NCBI GenBank assembly: GCA_020348925.1
Contig: CP070758.1
Span: 824,469 to 888,468, forward strand
DNA length: 64,000 nucleotides
Direction: 5' to 3'
DNA from: Gemmatimonadota bacterium
GTDB lineage: Bacteria; JBHIER01; G020348925
Part shown: in pieces, positions 10,800 through 21,875 of the stretch
How the letters are laid out: each line of letters opens with the position of its first letter
Numbering within the stretch: the first letter of the stretch is position 1
Program-made: the position numbers and the translations under genes
Notes under the pieces: generated by a model
Database searches by the model: none
The model's input: only the letters and a program-made list of their open reading frames with translations
What the model was told of the DNA's origin: nothing

Positions 10800-12386
10800 T
10801 CACGGTTCCACGGTCAGTTCATTTTTTCTGTCGCGAATCTCCTGAAGCAGTTTCTCGATGAAGATTTCGGTGTCCATTGGCCCGAGATCCCTGTTGTCCC
10901 GTCTTCGCACCGCAACAGCATTGACTTCGGCTTCCTTCGCTCCGACGACGAGCATGTAGGGCACCTTTTGAACCTGAGCCTCGCGGATCTTGTAGTTCAG
11001 CTTTTCACTCCGGTCGTCCACGGATGACCGGATATCAGCCTTCAGCAAGCGCTCATTGATGGATTCGGCGTACTCTCCGAATTTGATGGAGCTGATGGGG
11101 ATGATCCGCACCTGCTCGGGAGCGAGCCATGTGGGAAAAGCACCCCCGTAATGTTCCGTGAGAACGCCGATAAAGCGTTCGATGGAACCGAGGATGGCGC
11201 GGTGGATCATGGCCGGCCGGTGCTTGGCCCCATCCGGCCCGACGTAGGTCAGATCGAACCGCTCCGGCATGGAGAAATCAACCTGAATGGTGCCGCACTG
11301 CCAGCGCCGCTTGAGGGCATCCTTGATGTGAAAATCGATCTTCGGGCCGTAGAAAGCCCCTTCCCCCGGGTTGACGTCGTACTCGATCTCTCTCGATTCC
11401 AAGGCTTCCTGTAAGGTCCTCTCGGCATTGGCCCACATCTCATCGGTTCCGATGGATTTCGGAGGCCTGGTTGAAAGCTCGACCTCATACTCCGTGAATC
11501 CGAAGTCGCTGTAAATTTCATAGGTCAGATCAATGAGCTTCATGACCTCGTCCTTGAGCTGGTCAAGAGTACAAAAAATGTGGGAGTCGTCCTGTACGAA
11601 GGCGCGAACGCGGAAGAGACCGCTGAGCACACCCTTCAATTCGTGTCGATGAACGAGGCCCAGCTCGGACATCCTCAAAGGTAAATCTCTGTATGAATAG
11701 AGGTTATGCTTGAAAATCAAGAGTGAGCCAGGGCAGTTCATGGGTTTCACGGCGAAAGGTTGTTCGTCGATCTGTGTAAAATACATATTGTCCTTGTAAT
11801 TATCCCAGTGACCGCTCTGCCGCCAGAGGCCTTCGTTGAGGATGATGGGTGTCTTGACCTGAACGTATCCAGACGCGTGGAGCTTCTTTTTTAAATAGGT
11901 TTCGACCCCATCGTACAGGGTCCATCCCTTCGGATGCCAGAAGACCAGTCCGGGAGCTTCGTCGTGAAAGCTGAAGAGATCCAGCTCCTTGCCTATCTTG
12001 CGGTGATCCCGTTTCTTCGCCTCCTCCACCTGTATGAGGTACTCGTCCAGTTCCTTTTGCGTGAAAAACGCGGTTCCGTAAATACGCTGCAGCATGGGAT
12101 TTCTTTCGTCCCCGCGCCAGTAAGCCCCGGCCACGCTCAAGAGCTTGAAGGCTTTCAGCATTCCGGTTCGGGGCAGGTGAGGCCCTCGGCACCAGTCGGT
12201 AAAGTCGCCCTCCTCGTAGAAGCTGACTGTCTCATCCGTCACCTCGTTGAGCAGTTCGATCTTGAACTTCGCCTTCTGCTCCTCAAGTTTCTTGTGAGCC
12301 TCCGCCTTGGTCATCTCTATGCGTTGGATAGGAATATCCTCATTCACAATCCTATGCATCTCATTTTCGATAGTCTCATAGTGTTC
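10800..12386 (-). CDS. thrS: Threonine--tRNA ligase (5' truncated by gap)
   Basis: CRGPH, GAYWRGD, RDHRKIG, KPMNCP, AFYGPKID, HRAILGSIERF motifs. Confidence 0.97.
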   Translation of the reverse strand, partial: EHYETIENEMHRIVNEDIPIQRIEMTKAEAHKKLEEQKAKFKIELLNEVTDETVSFYEEGDFTDWCRGPHLPRTGMLKAFKLLSVAGAYWRGDERNPMLQRIYGTAFFTQKELDEYLIQVEEAKKRDHRKIGKELDLFSFHDEAPGLVFWHPKGWTLYDGVETYLKKKLHASGYVQVKTPIILNEGLWRQSGHWDNYKDNMYFTQIDEQPFAVKPMNCPGSLLIFKHNLYSYRDLPLRMSELGLVHRHELKGVLSGLFRVRAFVQDDSHIFCTLDQLKDEVMKLIDLTYEIYSDFGFTEYEVELSTRPPKSIGTDEMWANAERTLQEALESREIEYDVNPGEGAFYGPKIDFHIKDALKRRWQCGTIQVDFSMPERFDLTYVGPDGAKHRPAMIHRAILGSIERFIGVLTEHYGGAFPTWLAPEQVRIIPISSIKFGEYAESINERLLKADIRSSVDDRSEKLNYKIREAQVQKVPYMLVVGAKEAEVNAVAVRRRDNRDLGPMDTEIFIEKLLQEIRDRKNELTVEP

Positions 12387-12486
12387 NNNNNNNNNNNNNN
12401 NNNNNNNNNNNNNNNNNNNNNNNNNNNNNNNNNNNNNNNNNNNNNNNNNNNNNNNNNNNNNNNNNNNNNNNNNNNNNNNNNNNNNN

Positions 12487-13564
12487 AGGCCTCATCCCGA
12501 TCAGTCCCATAAAGATTCAGGACGGTCTCAAAGGCGTTCAATGAGGATGAGGTAATGCATTCCTCCCAGATCAGTCGAACGATATCATCCCCGTAATTCT
12601 CCGTGAGGTAGAAGTCCCATATACAGCTTCCATATTGGTGTAACGATGGTTCCTCCGCATCGAGGGACATCTCCGGAAAACTGTAAAATGACGGGAGATA
12701 CTCTCGATAATCGTTCACCTCGTCGTACAGGATATCCTCCATCCAGACTGCACTGATCTCCTTGTGCCAGCTTCCTATATTGAGATTGTATGCATTTTGA
12801 ACGGCATGAAAGAACTCGTGAGCAGCCGTGACACTGAGTGGATCGAGAGGATTGTCGTACCCGAACCCACTGTAGGTTGGATCGACATAAATATAACTCG
12901 TATAATCGTTTCGGTCCGGATACTGATCACTGCGGTCCTCCGGAAAGCACACACCATAGGCCCCGGACTGGTGGCGCAGATACACATCGTATTTGTTTTC
13001 ATCCCCGCCGATTGTCCCATCCCAGGGTGGGGCGTCGTAACCCATGCTATCGACCTCCATGACCCAGACGTGATCGAAGATCTCCGCGCACCGGTTGACG
13101 TAATCCGGAATACCGTCATAAGGATCGGTATCCCTGTAGGGTTCATACACGGCATCGGGGCCGGAAGAGTCATAGTGAATCTTGAAACGACCGCCGGGGC
13201 TTTTGAAGGTGTGTTGCATGCGGGGGCGTTCAAAATAGACGGCCAGGATTTGCTGAGCCCTCAGGCTGAGGTCCTCCCAGGCTGCCAATATTTCCAGGAC
13301 CACCGGGGTCGCACATTTGGTAGGTTTGATGGTCTCCTGTTGAAACCGAGGGGACAACAGTGAGGGCTCGAAGAGAGCATAGGCCTTATTGAGCAGGGCG
13401 GTTTCGCGGTCAATATCTCCCGCTCTGTACGCCCGCTCTATCCGGGAGAGGACAGTCTCGCCCTCCATCCTTTGGTCCGCATTCTTTTCATAACCAAAAG
13501 TCTCCAAAGAGATTGATAGAACAATGAGACAAACAGACATGATACAATGTAGGAGGAAACGCAT
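12487..13564 (-). CDS. Secreted putative zinc metalloprotease, MXAN_6640-like (3' truncated)
   Basis: Signal peptide; FKIHY...DGIPDYV; TAAHEFFHAVQ (HExxH); start codon uncertain. Confidence 0.75.
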
Positions 13565-14128
13565 CCTTCGATATCCTCTGTTCGAAAGAAGGCCAAGAGG
13601 TTCCTCTCGATTCCTACTTTGAAAAAGTACGTCGAAATATTTCATCGATAACTCCTTCACTCTGTTGTACCATTCCTGTTCCGGTGATCCATCTACACTC
13701 GCTTCCGTTTGCCATCTCAACTCCAAAATATAATGAAGTTATGCTGAAAAACAATCTTTTTCTACGCGATATCACGTGCGTTCCATCGAAAGGACATGGG
13801 CTCTCACAGTGCAGCTCCCGAAGAGAAGAATTGAAACCCGGCATCTCATCACAGAGTTTTCTTGACAGCCGGTAAGAAGGACAATATATTGAAAAGAGGA
13901 AACCTGAGAGAATGAGAAGAGCCCCTTGATCCCAGAAATGGGGTGTGGGCATGTAAAAAAGAAGGGAATCCGGACTCTTCTGCACACGACATTCTTTCCG
14001 GTGCCGAACTTCTCCTTGATCCTCATTCTGGGCTTCTAAAAACGACGAAGGCACAAGACAAACATGAGGGATTGTTTTCACGGACAACAAAGGCGAACTC
14101 TTTCGGTATAAGGCACATTTCAAAAACC

Positions 14129-15472
14129 ATGAACAAAAAAGCAAAAATAGGACTGGTGAGCCTCGGATGTGCCAAAAACCTGGTCGATTCTGAAATTCTC
14201 CTGGGTACGCTAAGGAAGCGAGGATATCCCATTTTACAAAGCGCTTACGATGCGGATGTCATCATCATCAACACGTGCACCTTCATCAAAGAGGCAACCG
14301 AAGAGTCTATCGACGCGATCGTCGAGGCCATCGAGCTGAAAAAAGATCGAAGCGTCCAAGCGCTCATTGTAGCGGGCTGTCTGCCCCAGAGATATATGCG
14401 TGAGGACATGGCCTCTGAACTCGTGGGTGTCGATGCCTTTCTCGGCGCCGGCCACTATCACCGCATCGCAGAAGTCGTCGAACGTGTGCTCGCAGGTCGC
14501 CAAACCCATCCCCTTCGAAGCCGTCCCGGATTCTTACCCGACAAGATGACTCCGAGAGAGATCCTGACTCCCCACCATTACACCTATGTGAAAATCTCCG
14601 AAGGTTGTAACAATAGGTGTTCGTACTGCGTTATCCCTCAGGTTCGAGGTCCCCACCGCAGCCGCCGAATGAAATCGATTGTCGAGGAGGTAATCCGCCT
14701 TTTGGATGAAAGACCACTGAAAGAGATCAATGTGATCGGTCAGGACACGACGTTCTATGGCACCGATCTCTACGGACAATCGCGGTTGGCTCATGTGCTC
14801 AAAAAGCTTGCACGCCTGAAAAGAGTGAAATGGATCAGGCTGTTATACACGCACCCGGCACATTTCGACCAGGACGTCATCGACGTTATCCGTGATGAAC
14901 CTGCTCTGTGTAAATACGTGGATCTCCCCTTGCAGCATATTGATGATGCGATTCTCAAAAGGATGGGAAGACGGGTGACTCGGAAAGAGATCGAGAAACT
15001 CGTCGAAAGACTGAGAGGACAGATTCCCGACCTTACCTTGCGGACAAGTTTCATCGTCGGGTTTCCCGGCGAAACGGAGAAGCAGTTCAACGAACTGCTG
15101 GATTTTGTAGAAAACGTTCAGTTCGAACGTCTCGGAGCCTTCGCCTACTCCCGGGAGCAAGGCACACCTGCTCACAGCTTTTCACACCAAGTCTCGAAAA
15201 AAGTGAAAAGGGAGCGGCTCAACCGACTTATGACCCTCCAGAGACACATTTCGAAAAGAAAGAACGAAGCATCCATCGGACGCGAATTCGAAGTTCTGGT
15301 GGATAGCTCCGTCGCCGCCGAGCCAGACCTTTTTCTGGCGAGAACCGAGGGAGACGCACCAGAAGTCGACCAGCTGGTCTACGTCACATCGAAGAATGTC
15401 CAACCGGGCGATTTTTTAAGAGTCAGAATTACGGACGCCTACGAATACGACTTGGTCGGGGAACCTCTGTAA
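14129..15472 (+). CDS. rimO: Ribosomal protein S12 methylthiotransferase
   Basis: SLGCAKNLVDSE, NTC, GC and CNNRCSYC radical SAM motif; APEVD TRAM region. Confidence 0.95.
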   Translation: MNKKAKIGLVSLGCAKNLVDSEILLGTLRKRGYPILQSAYDADVIIINTCTFIKEATEESIDAIVEAIELKKDRSVQALIVAGCLPQRYMREDMASELVGVDAFLGAGHYHRIAEVVERVLAGRQTHPLRSRPGFLPDKMTPREILTPHHYTYVKISEGCNNRCSYCVIPQVRGPHRSRRMKSIVEEVIRLLDERPLKEINVIGQDTTFYGTDLYGQSRLAHVLKKLARLKRVKWIRLLYTHPAHFDQDVIDVIRDEPALCKYVDLPLQHIDDAILKRMGRRVTRKEIEKLVERLRGQIPDLTLRTSFIVGFPGETEKQFNELLDFVENVQFERLGAFAYSREQGTPAHSFSHQVSKKVKRERLNRLMTLQRHISKRKNEASIGREFEVLVDSSVAAEPDLFLARTEGDAPEVDQLVYVTSKNVQPGDFLRVRITDAYEYDLVGEPL

Positions 15473-15537
15473 TATCTTTGGACCAGCCGACTTCACCATG
15501 GAGGACAGAGAACGTTTGCTCCACCCGCCGAGTAGGG

Positions 15538-15771
15538 TTATCCCGAAACGACGCACGTAAACGTTGTGGCCACACCATCGACAATCTGAATCTTCTCCGA
15601 AACGAGTTCTCCCAACGTCTTCAGATCAGCCACCTTCAGGGTCACAATAACGTCATACGGGCCTGTTACAGAGTACGACGACTCGACACCATCAAGGGTC
15701 GATATCGCTTTCGCCACCTCTCTGGCTTTGCCGGGTAGCACTTCAATCAACACAAAGGCAATAATCTCCAT
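15538..15771 (-). CDS. Lrp/AsnC ligand-binding domain protein
   Basis: AFVLI...VTGPYDVI...GVATTFTC pattern; RBS AGGAGG. Confidence 0.85.
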   Translation of the reverse strand: MEIIAFVLIEVLPGKAREVAKAISTLDGVESSYSVTGPYDVIVTLKVADLKTLGELVSEKIQIVDGVATTFTCVVSG

Positions 15772-15980
15772 AATCTCTTAACCTCCTTCCGAGAATGTGC
15801 AGTATTGGCCATCCCAATTTCAGTTCGCAGCAAAATACGATGTACTCCCTCATGTCGTTGTGAGTCCCGGAACGATACCTGCGCGAGACCCCACAAAGCA
15901 ATCTCAACGTTCTCGAGCGGAATCGCTGCCTCTGGCCTGCGGAGCCCAGCAGTCATCAGGAGGTAACGGAGTAGAGAGAC

Positions 15981-16433
15981 TCATGATCGCTTTCTTGATC
16001 CGTCCGCTCCACCTCTTCGGATGATCTCAACAACGACAGGTTTGAACCGTTTTCCCTTCGAAAAAAAGGCGTTGAGGGCTTTCAAGACTCCAAAACTGAA
16101 GACCAACAGGAAAAGCCCGGCCCCAATGCCGTACTTTTCCTCTCCTGTGGCAGAAGCACCGAGAGCATAGCCGATGAACAGGGCCACAACCGGCAACAGA
16201 TACAAAAGAAAAGCAGCCATGACGGTCGATTTCGGTCTCATCTCGATGCGCACCAGATCGCCCGGTCGAGCGCCTTTCTCGTTCATCGCTTCCGTTACCA
16301 TTCGATTGGTGCCACCAAACGGGACGCATACATTTCGGCTGGCACAATTTTGACAGGCACCTTTTCCTTCAATCTCGACCCGCACAACATCACACCCTTC
16401 CCCATATTCATAAACACGGCCGATCTCTTCCAT
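15981..16433 (-). CDS. RseC/MucC family membrane protein
   Basis: MEEIGRV, ACQNCASRNVC, GARPGDLV, LLYLLP plus two TM segments. Confidence 0.85.
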   Translation of the reverse strand: MEEIGRVYEYGEGCDVVRVEIEGKGACQNCASRNVCVPFGGTNRMVTEAMNEKGARPGDLVRIEMRPKSTVMAAFLLYLLPVVALFIGYALGASATGEEKYGIGAGLFLLVFSFGVLKALNAFFSKGKRFKPVVVEIIRRGGADGSRKRS

Positions 16434-16454
16434 GGCATTTTTTTATATTCTGAA

Positions 16455-17462
16455 CTAAGCCCACACCCCCGGAATCCGTTCACCGCAGACGGAGCACGCA
16501 CCATTATCGAGATTTATTTCATGTACACGGTAGCCGACCCTCCGGACGACAACGTTTTGACACTGCGGACAGTACGTGCTCTCCGCGGGATGCCCGGGCA
16601 CGTTCCCAATATACACATATCGGAGCCCAACATCCACGGCAACCTTCCACGCGCCCTCAATGGTCTCCAGCGGAGTCGGTGGAAGATTTTTGAGCATGTA
16701 TTGCGGGTGAAAACGGCTGAAATGGACCGGGACATCTGGACCAAGGGTATCCCGGATCCACACGGACATCTCTTCGATCTCCCTTGTATCATCGTTGAGA
16801 GTCGGTATCACGAGATAGACGATTTCGTACCACACCCCTGTATCTCTCAGCAGTTGCAGCACGTCCAGCACAGGTTGGAGGTGGCTGGCGCAGGACTTTT
16901 TGTAAAACTTCTCCGTATACGCCTTGAGATCGATCTTGACGGCACTGAGGTGCTGGCACACCTGGCGCATAGGCTCGAGCTTGATATAGCCGTTGGAGAT
17001 CATGACAGGGTGCAGTCCGTTTTGCCGCGCCAATCTTGAGGTGTCCAACATGAACTCATAAAACACGACCGGTTCCGTATAGGTATAGGCAATGGAGTGA
17101 CTCCCGTATTTCTTGGCCCACTCCACGACCTTGGCCGGTGGCAAATACACATTATCCAGCTGCTCCGGTCTGGCTTGGGAGATTTGCCAGTTCTGACAGA
17201 ACTTGCAAAGCATATTACAGCCGGCCGTGGCGATGGAGAAGGCGTTCGTTCCGGGCAGAAAATGGAAGAGCGGTTTCTTCTCGATGGGATCATTGTTGGC
17301 CGAGCAGACCTGGGAATGGACGAAGGTGTAATAGGTCCCTCCTCGGTTCTCCCTCACCCCACAGTAGCCCCGCTCCCAATCGTCCACGACGCACTGGCGG
17401 GGGCAGAGCACACACTCCACCTTCTTGTGCTCCAGTTTTTTGTAATACAATGCTTCGTGAAG
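16455..17462 (-). CDS. amrS: AmmeMemoRadiSam system radical SAM enzyme (5' truncated)
   Basis: CVLCPRQC, GYCGVREN, DPIEKKPLFHF, GCNMLCKFCQNWQISQ, HFSRFHP. Confidence 0.93.
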   Translation of the reverse strand, partial: LHEALYYKKLEHKKVECVLCPRQCVVDDWERGYCGVRENRGGTYYTFVHSQVCSANNDPIEKKPLFHFLPGTNAFSIATAGCNMLCKFCQNWQISQARPEQLDNVYLPPAKVVEWAKKYGSHSIAYTYTEPVVFYEFMLDTSRLARQNGLHPVMISNGYIKLEPMRQVCQHLSAVKIDLKAYTEKFYKKSCASHLQPVLDVLQLLRDTGVWYEIVYLVIPTLNDDTREIEEMSVWIRDTLGPDVPVHFSRFHPQYMLKNLPPTPLETIEGAWKVAVDVGLRYVYIGNVPGHPAESTYCPQCQNVVVRRVGYRVHEINLDNGACSVCGERIPGVWA

Positions 17463-18364
17463 ANNNNNNNNNNNNNNNNNNNNNNNNNNNNNNNNNNNNN
17501 NNNNNNNNNNNNNNNNNNNNNNNNNNNNNNNNNNNNNNNNNNNNNNNNNNNNNNNNNNNNNNNACAGAATATCTCGAAGGAAATATTTGCTTTCTTCAAA
17601 ATATTTCCCTTGCTATGAAGTGGACCGCAAAGCAAGATCCACCAGCAGTATTGATGGTTTAAAAGGATAATTGTTATATAAAAAACGGAATTTAAAAAAA
17701 GAAATGTTAAATGCACTCAGCCCCCTCAAAAAATAAGTGCGACCAAACTATTCTATATTGAAAATATAATATATTTTACAGTACATTTATAGTCAAGTAT
17801 TTTTTTTTAAAATAAAATAAAAAAAATAATGTTGTGCAAAAAATTGTCAATTTTATAAATTATACTTAAAAATATGACAAAAAATTGTAAAAAATTAGAA
17901 GGAGAGTGCAGTGTCTTGCACGGAAGCAGAGAAACGAAGGTGCAAGGAAGCGATTGTACGGAAGCTGGAATCGCAAGGATATTAAGCGCAGAGGTACAGA
18001 TGTGCCGAAGTTCAGAGAATCAGTAATAATACACTTAAAAAAGGTTGAGATGGAATCTCTTTTGAGTAAACTCAAACCGCCGTTTTCGATAGAAATCGCT
18101 TAGAAATTCAGGGACACTGTTTCTGAGCCATGATATATTGTAGTTCAATAGCTCCATTCCTTTCGAAATACTATTGGCAGCTTCCCACCTCTGACATCAA
18201 ACCAGCCCCCTATATTACAACACCACCATGAAATGGTGAGGCGGATCCTTTCGGACCTATCCATTCTTTCATTGTTCTTGGAAATGAAAAATACTCGACT
18301 CTCTCATATTTTTCGAGCTTGAGGTCAATTGACAGTTCACCAAGTCCCTTGGTGGACCTACGAA

Positions 18365-19195
18365 TTAGGAATAGGCGTGTTCCCCTCCCAAGAAGAGGTT
18401 TCCGAAAAAAGAGAGCAGAACCATGATGAAGCCGATGATGGACATGATGGCCGCCTTATTCCCCTTCCATCCCCTCTGGTACCTGGCATGCAGATAGACC
18501 ACATAGAAGATCCAGATAATGAGCGACCCCACTTCTTTGGGGTCCCAACCCCAGAAGGTTCCCCAGGCCCTGTTCGCCCAGATCGCACCGGCAAACAGGG
18601 CACCAACAGTAAACAGAGGAAAACCGATGGAGATGGCCTTGTAATTGATCTCGTCGAGAAGCTGCTCGGACGGGAATCGTTTCGCAATCGGGCCCTCAGC
18701 AACAATACGGATATTCTTCCGGATCAAATACATGATGCTGACCCCAAAAGCCACAGCAAATGCCCCCTCTCCGATCGCTGCCAGCGAGACATGGATGTAG
18801 AGCCAATAATTCTGAAGCGCCGGGACCAGCTGCTGATTGATATCTTTGGGCAAAAGGGACGCACACACGATAAGAATGAACGTGACCGGTGCAATAAAGG
18901 ATCCGACAATGGGTTTTTTAAATCTGACGAGGACGAAGATGAAACAGGCGACAGCCATCCATGACATGACCGTCATGTACTCGAACATGTTCGTAAAAGG
19001 CGGATGACCGGAAAGCTGCCATCTCAGGAGAATGGCGACAGTTTGCGGCACGAAACCGATGAGCATCGCAGCCGTGCCGATTGTAATGACAAGACGGTTC
19101 TCGAACGCCAAATAAAGGCTGAAGCAGAGAAATGAAACAAAATAGAGCCAGAACGCAACCCAGAAAAATGCGACATCCGCGCTTGAGGAGATCAC
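18365..19195 (-). CDS. Cytochrome c biogenesis protein, system II heme-handling subunit (CcsA/ResC type)
   Basis: WWD domain GAIWANRAWGTFWGWDPKE, conserved His residues, multiple TM segments. Confidence 0.93.
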   Translation of the reverse strand: MISSSADVAFFWVAFWLYFVSFLCFSLYLAFENRLVITIGTAAMLIGFVPQTVAILLRWQLSGHPPFTNMFEYMTVMSWMAVACFIFVLVRFKKPIVGSFIAPVTFILIVCASLLPKDINQQLVPALQNYWLYIHVSLAAIGEGAFAVAFGVSIMYLIRKNIRIVAEGPIAKRFPSEQLLDEINYKAISIGFPLFTVGALFAGAIWANRAWGTFWGWDPKEVGSLIIWIFYVVYLHARYQRGWKGNKAAIMSIIGFIMVLLSFFGNLFLGGEHAYS

Positions 19196-20313
19196 GATGT
19201 TCCTCCTTTTTCGATTTTTTCCATTATTTGACCCAACTGTTTTTCAAACATCTCCCTGTCCCGATTGGTGGCACCGCACATCGCGACGTGACTCTCCTGA
19301 TCGGATCGCCTTTGGACCACCACCCAGATTCTCCGGTGGGAGAGAAAAAAAGTTATGCAGACTCCGATCGTCATCACAATCAAACCGACCCAGATGAGGG
19401 GTGCCCCAGGATTCCACGTGATCCGGAGACCGGTTTCATGTGTCGGGGCGACATCCACAAGTTCCAATCCGTAGTCATCCAGAAGTGGATGGAATCCGGC
19501 CAATTGCGGTTTGAAAATCCAGCCGTCCCGCAGAAGGCTGTCATTCTCAAACAGGCTCACCTTGACTGCCGGATTTCGAAACTCATTGAACCGCTGGTCG
19601 GAGAACACCTCCGTACCTCGCATCACAAAGTTGCCGGCAAAATCGACCGGTTCGAAAGTGTAAGGGGTTTCAGGGATGGCAGACATCTCGCCCATCCTGG
19701 CCTGGACCATGGTGATCATGTTTCCGGAGGTATCACGAACTCCAATCACCGCCTCCTCAAAATCCCGATCGTCGGGACGATAGGAACTCTGATAAAAGCT
19801 GAATCCCCGATAGCGCAGAGGGTGATTCACCTCGATGACCTTCGTGAACAGCGAATCACCGTCCTCCAGAACGGTGAGGGTGCTGAGATAATCTTTGACC
19901 TGTCCCGCCTCGTTCGACTCGATCTCGAATTTCTCCACCCGCACGTGAAAACCGCCATCAGGAGCCTCGATACGATCGCCACTCCCTCCCCAGCGAAAAA
20001 CGGAGTATCCCAGCAGGCTGGCGATCAGTCCCCCTGACACAGCAATAACGAGGCCCGAGTGCGTCAGAAACGAACCCAGCCTCGAGATACCCCATCTGGC
20101 AGCGAAGAGGACGTACCCATCATCCTCCCTCTTGACGTGCACTGCATAAAACTTACGAGCCAATAGTTCTCTTACCGTGCGAAGGGTTTGTTCAGCGGAT
20201 GCGGGAGACAGACCTGTACGTGCATTCTGAACGCCCGCAATTTCGGACACCGTCCGCTTGAAGCTTTTCCCAAAAGCGGCCCTCACATTACCTTGAAGCC
20301 GCTTGATGGTGCA
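19192..20313 (-). CDS. Cytochrome c biogenesis protein ResB/Ccs1 (5' truncated)
   Basis: IEVNHPLRYRGFSFYQSSY, PGAPLIWVG, HRRIWV; overlaps the start of the downstream partner gene. Confidence 0.9.
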   Translation of the reverse strand, partial: CTIKRLQGNVRAAFGKSFKRTVSEIAGVQNARTGLSPASAEQTLRTVRELLARKFYAVHVKREDDGYVLFAARWGISRLGSFLTHSGLVIAVSGGLIASLLGYSVFRWGGSGDRIEAPDGGFHVRVEKFEIESNEAGQVKDYLSTLTVLEDGDSLFTKVIEVNHPLRYRGFSFYQSSYRPDDRDFEEAVIGVRDTSGNMITMVQARMGEMSAIPETPYTFEPVDFAGNFVMRGTEVFSDQRFNEFRNPAVKVSLFENDSLLRDGWIFKPQLAGFHPLLDDYGLELVDVAPTHETGLRITWNPGAPLIWVGLIVMTIGVCITFFLSHRRIWVVVQRRSDQESHVAMCGATNRDREMFEKQLGQIMEKIEKGGTS

Positions 20314-20424
20314 GANNNNNNNNNNNNNNNNNNNNNNNNNNNNNNNNNNNNNNNNNNNNNNNNNNNNNNNNNNNNNNNNNNNNNNNNNNNNNNNNNNNNN
20401 NNNNNNNNNNNNNNNAAAAATTTT

Positions 20425-21667
20425 GGTGGCGTCCTAAAAATGGTTGCTTATAATGTTCTTTGACATATTGTAAGGTTTTGTAATTCCAAGTACTTTCCAT
20501 AAGGTATTGGTCAAAATAACCGGTTATTTGCCTCATGGGAGTCTTGGAATGCAAAAAATCAAGCGGCATTTTCGGTGTCCACGATGTTTCAGTTTGAACA
20601 CAAAACGTCATGGCAAAAGATCGAATAAGCAAGGGAAAACAGTTTCTCGAAAGCAGCGATGGCGCTGTAAAACCTGTCATCATGTTTTTACACCTTCTGA
20701 ACAACCGAAAAGCTCTCTTCGCCGAAAGGCAACAGAACTGTACTTTGATTCAGGAGCGTCCTATCGCGCCGTGGCTCGACATTTGGGTCTTCATAAAATG
20801 ACTGCCTATGGTTACATCCAAGAGCTTGCCTCCAATTGTAAAGAGCCTTGGGAAACCAGTAAGGAGCTCTCACCCCAATGGGAAGGATTTTTGGTCATTG
20901 ATGGAGATTTCCTACGTGTGGCCAAGCGTCGCTATTCCTTGCTGATTGGAGTAGATGCAAAAACACAGGATATTCCCGATGCATTATTAGCTCCCCATGA
21001 GGATGCAAGACACTGGATACGTTTCCTCAACTCCCTGGATCGTATTGAGTATCCAGTCAAAGGAATCACAAGTGATGCGGATCCTGCAATACAAGCCGCT
21101 GTGCGAGCAGTACTTCCTCATGTACCGTACCAGTTGTGTGTTAGACATTTTTTCAAAGGTCTCATCCACACACTTCGCTACCGGTTGACGCAAAAACGTG
21201 GCTATTGGCGTGAGAACGATCGATTATTAGAGGCTGCTCATCAAATGTTGTATGCACACTCTTTCGCGCAGGCAAAACAATATCTGACTGCTATCTGTAT
21301 TGATCCTGGCTTTAAGAAAGCGGGGCTATTCCCACTCATAGAACATATCGAAGCCCACTTCTCACAATTGACTCAACATCATTTCTATCCAGGAATGCCT
21401 CGGACCAATAACATCGCTGAAGGCGTAATCAGCCGACTTGATGCGAAGATCAATCGAACAGGAGGATTCGAATTTCAAAGAACAGCATGGGCAACGCTTA
21501 AGATGTTAATCATGTGGTATCGATTTAAAAAATTCACCGATTGCCGTAAGCCAAACAAACAAAACAATGGCAAATGCCCATTAGAAATTGCCAAAGTAGA
21601 TGCTTCCAATATCGATTGGATAACATTTAGTCAGAAATCTATTAGACACCATTTTTAGGACGCTACC
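20425..21667 (+). mobile_element. Complete insertion sequence (1,243 bp), IS256 family / IS1249-like
   Basis: Terminal inverted repeats GGTGGCGTCCTAAAAATGGT / ACCATTTTTAGGACGCTACC (19 of 20 match); 8-bp direct repeats AAAATTTT at 20417-20424 and 21668-21675. Confidence 0.88.
20549..21658 (+). CDS. DDE transposase with N-terminal Zn ribbon and HTH
   Basis: CPRC...QRWRCKTC; VIDG, TSDAD, QLCVRH (CxxH), RTNNIAEG; stop lies inside the right inverted repeat. Confidence 0.88.
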   Translation: MQKIKRHFRCPRCFSLNTKRHGKRSNKQGKTVSRKQRWRCKTCHHVFTPSEQPKSSLRRKATELYFDSGASYRAVARHLGLHKMTAYGYIQELASNCKEPWETSKELSPQWEGFLVIDGDFLRVAKRRYSLLIGVDAKTQDIPDALLAPHEDARHWIRFLNSLDRIEYPVKGITSDADPAIQAAVRAVLPHVPYQLCVRHFFKGLIHTLRYRLTQKRGYWRENDRLLEAAHQMLYAHSFAQAKQYLTAICIDPGFKKAGLFPLIEHIEAHFSQLTQHHFYPGMPRTNNIAEGVISRLDAKINRTGGFEFQRTAWATLKMLIMWYRFKKFTDCRKPNKQNNGKCPLEIAKVDASNIDWITFSQKSIRHHF

Positions 21668-21875
21668 AAAATTTTGAATAGATATACTTAAAACATCTCG
21701 GAAATTCTAAGATTTTCGAGATGTATCAGGGGGTTTGGGGGAAAGGATGCACTTTCCCCCAAGAGGTAACAGGATTTCGATGTGAGCTGGAGGATCAGCG
21801 AAATCCGCCATAGGGGCGAGAACCCCTTGGGAACGTTGCGAGCGAAGCGAGCGAAGTTCAATACGGAGGTGCGAA

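Noticed and set aside
12344-13726. Metalloprotease ORF running into thrS
   Set aside because: Chimera across the N gap; the tail is thrS sequence in another frame.
17650-17900. Possible replication origin
   Set aside because: No TTATCCACA-type boxes and no dnaA/dnaN context.
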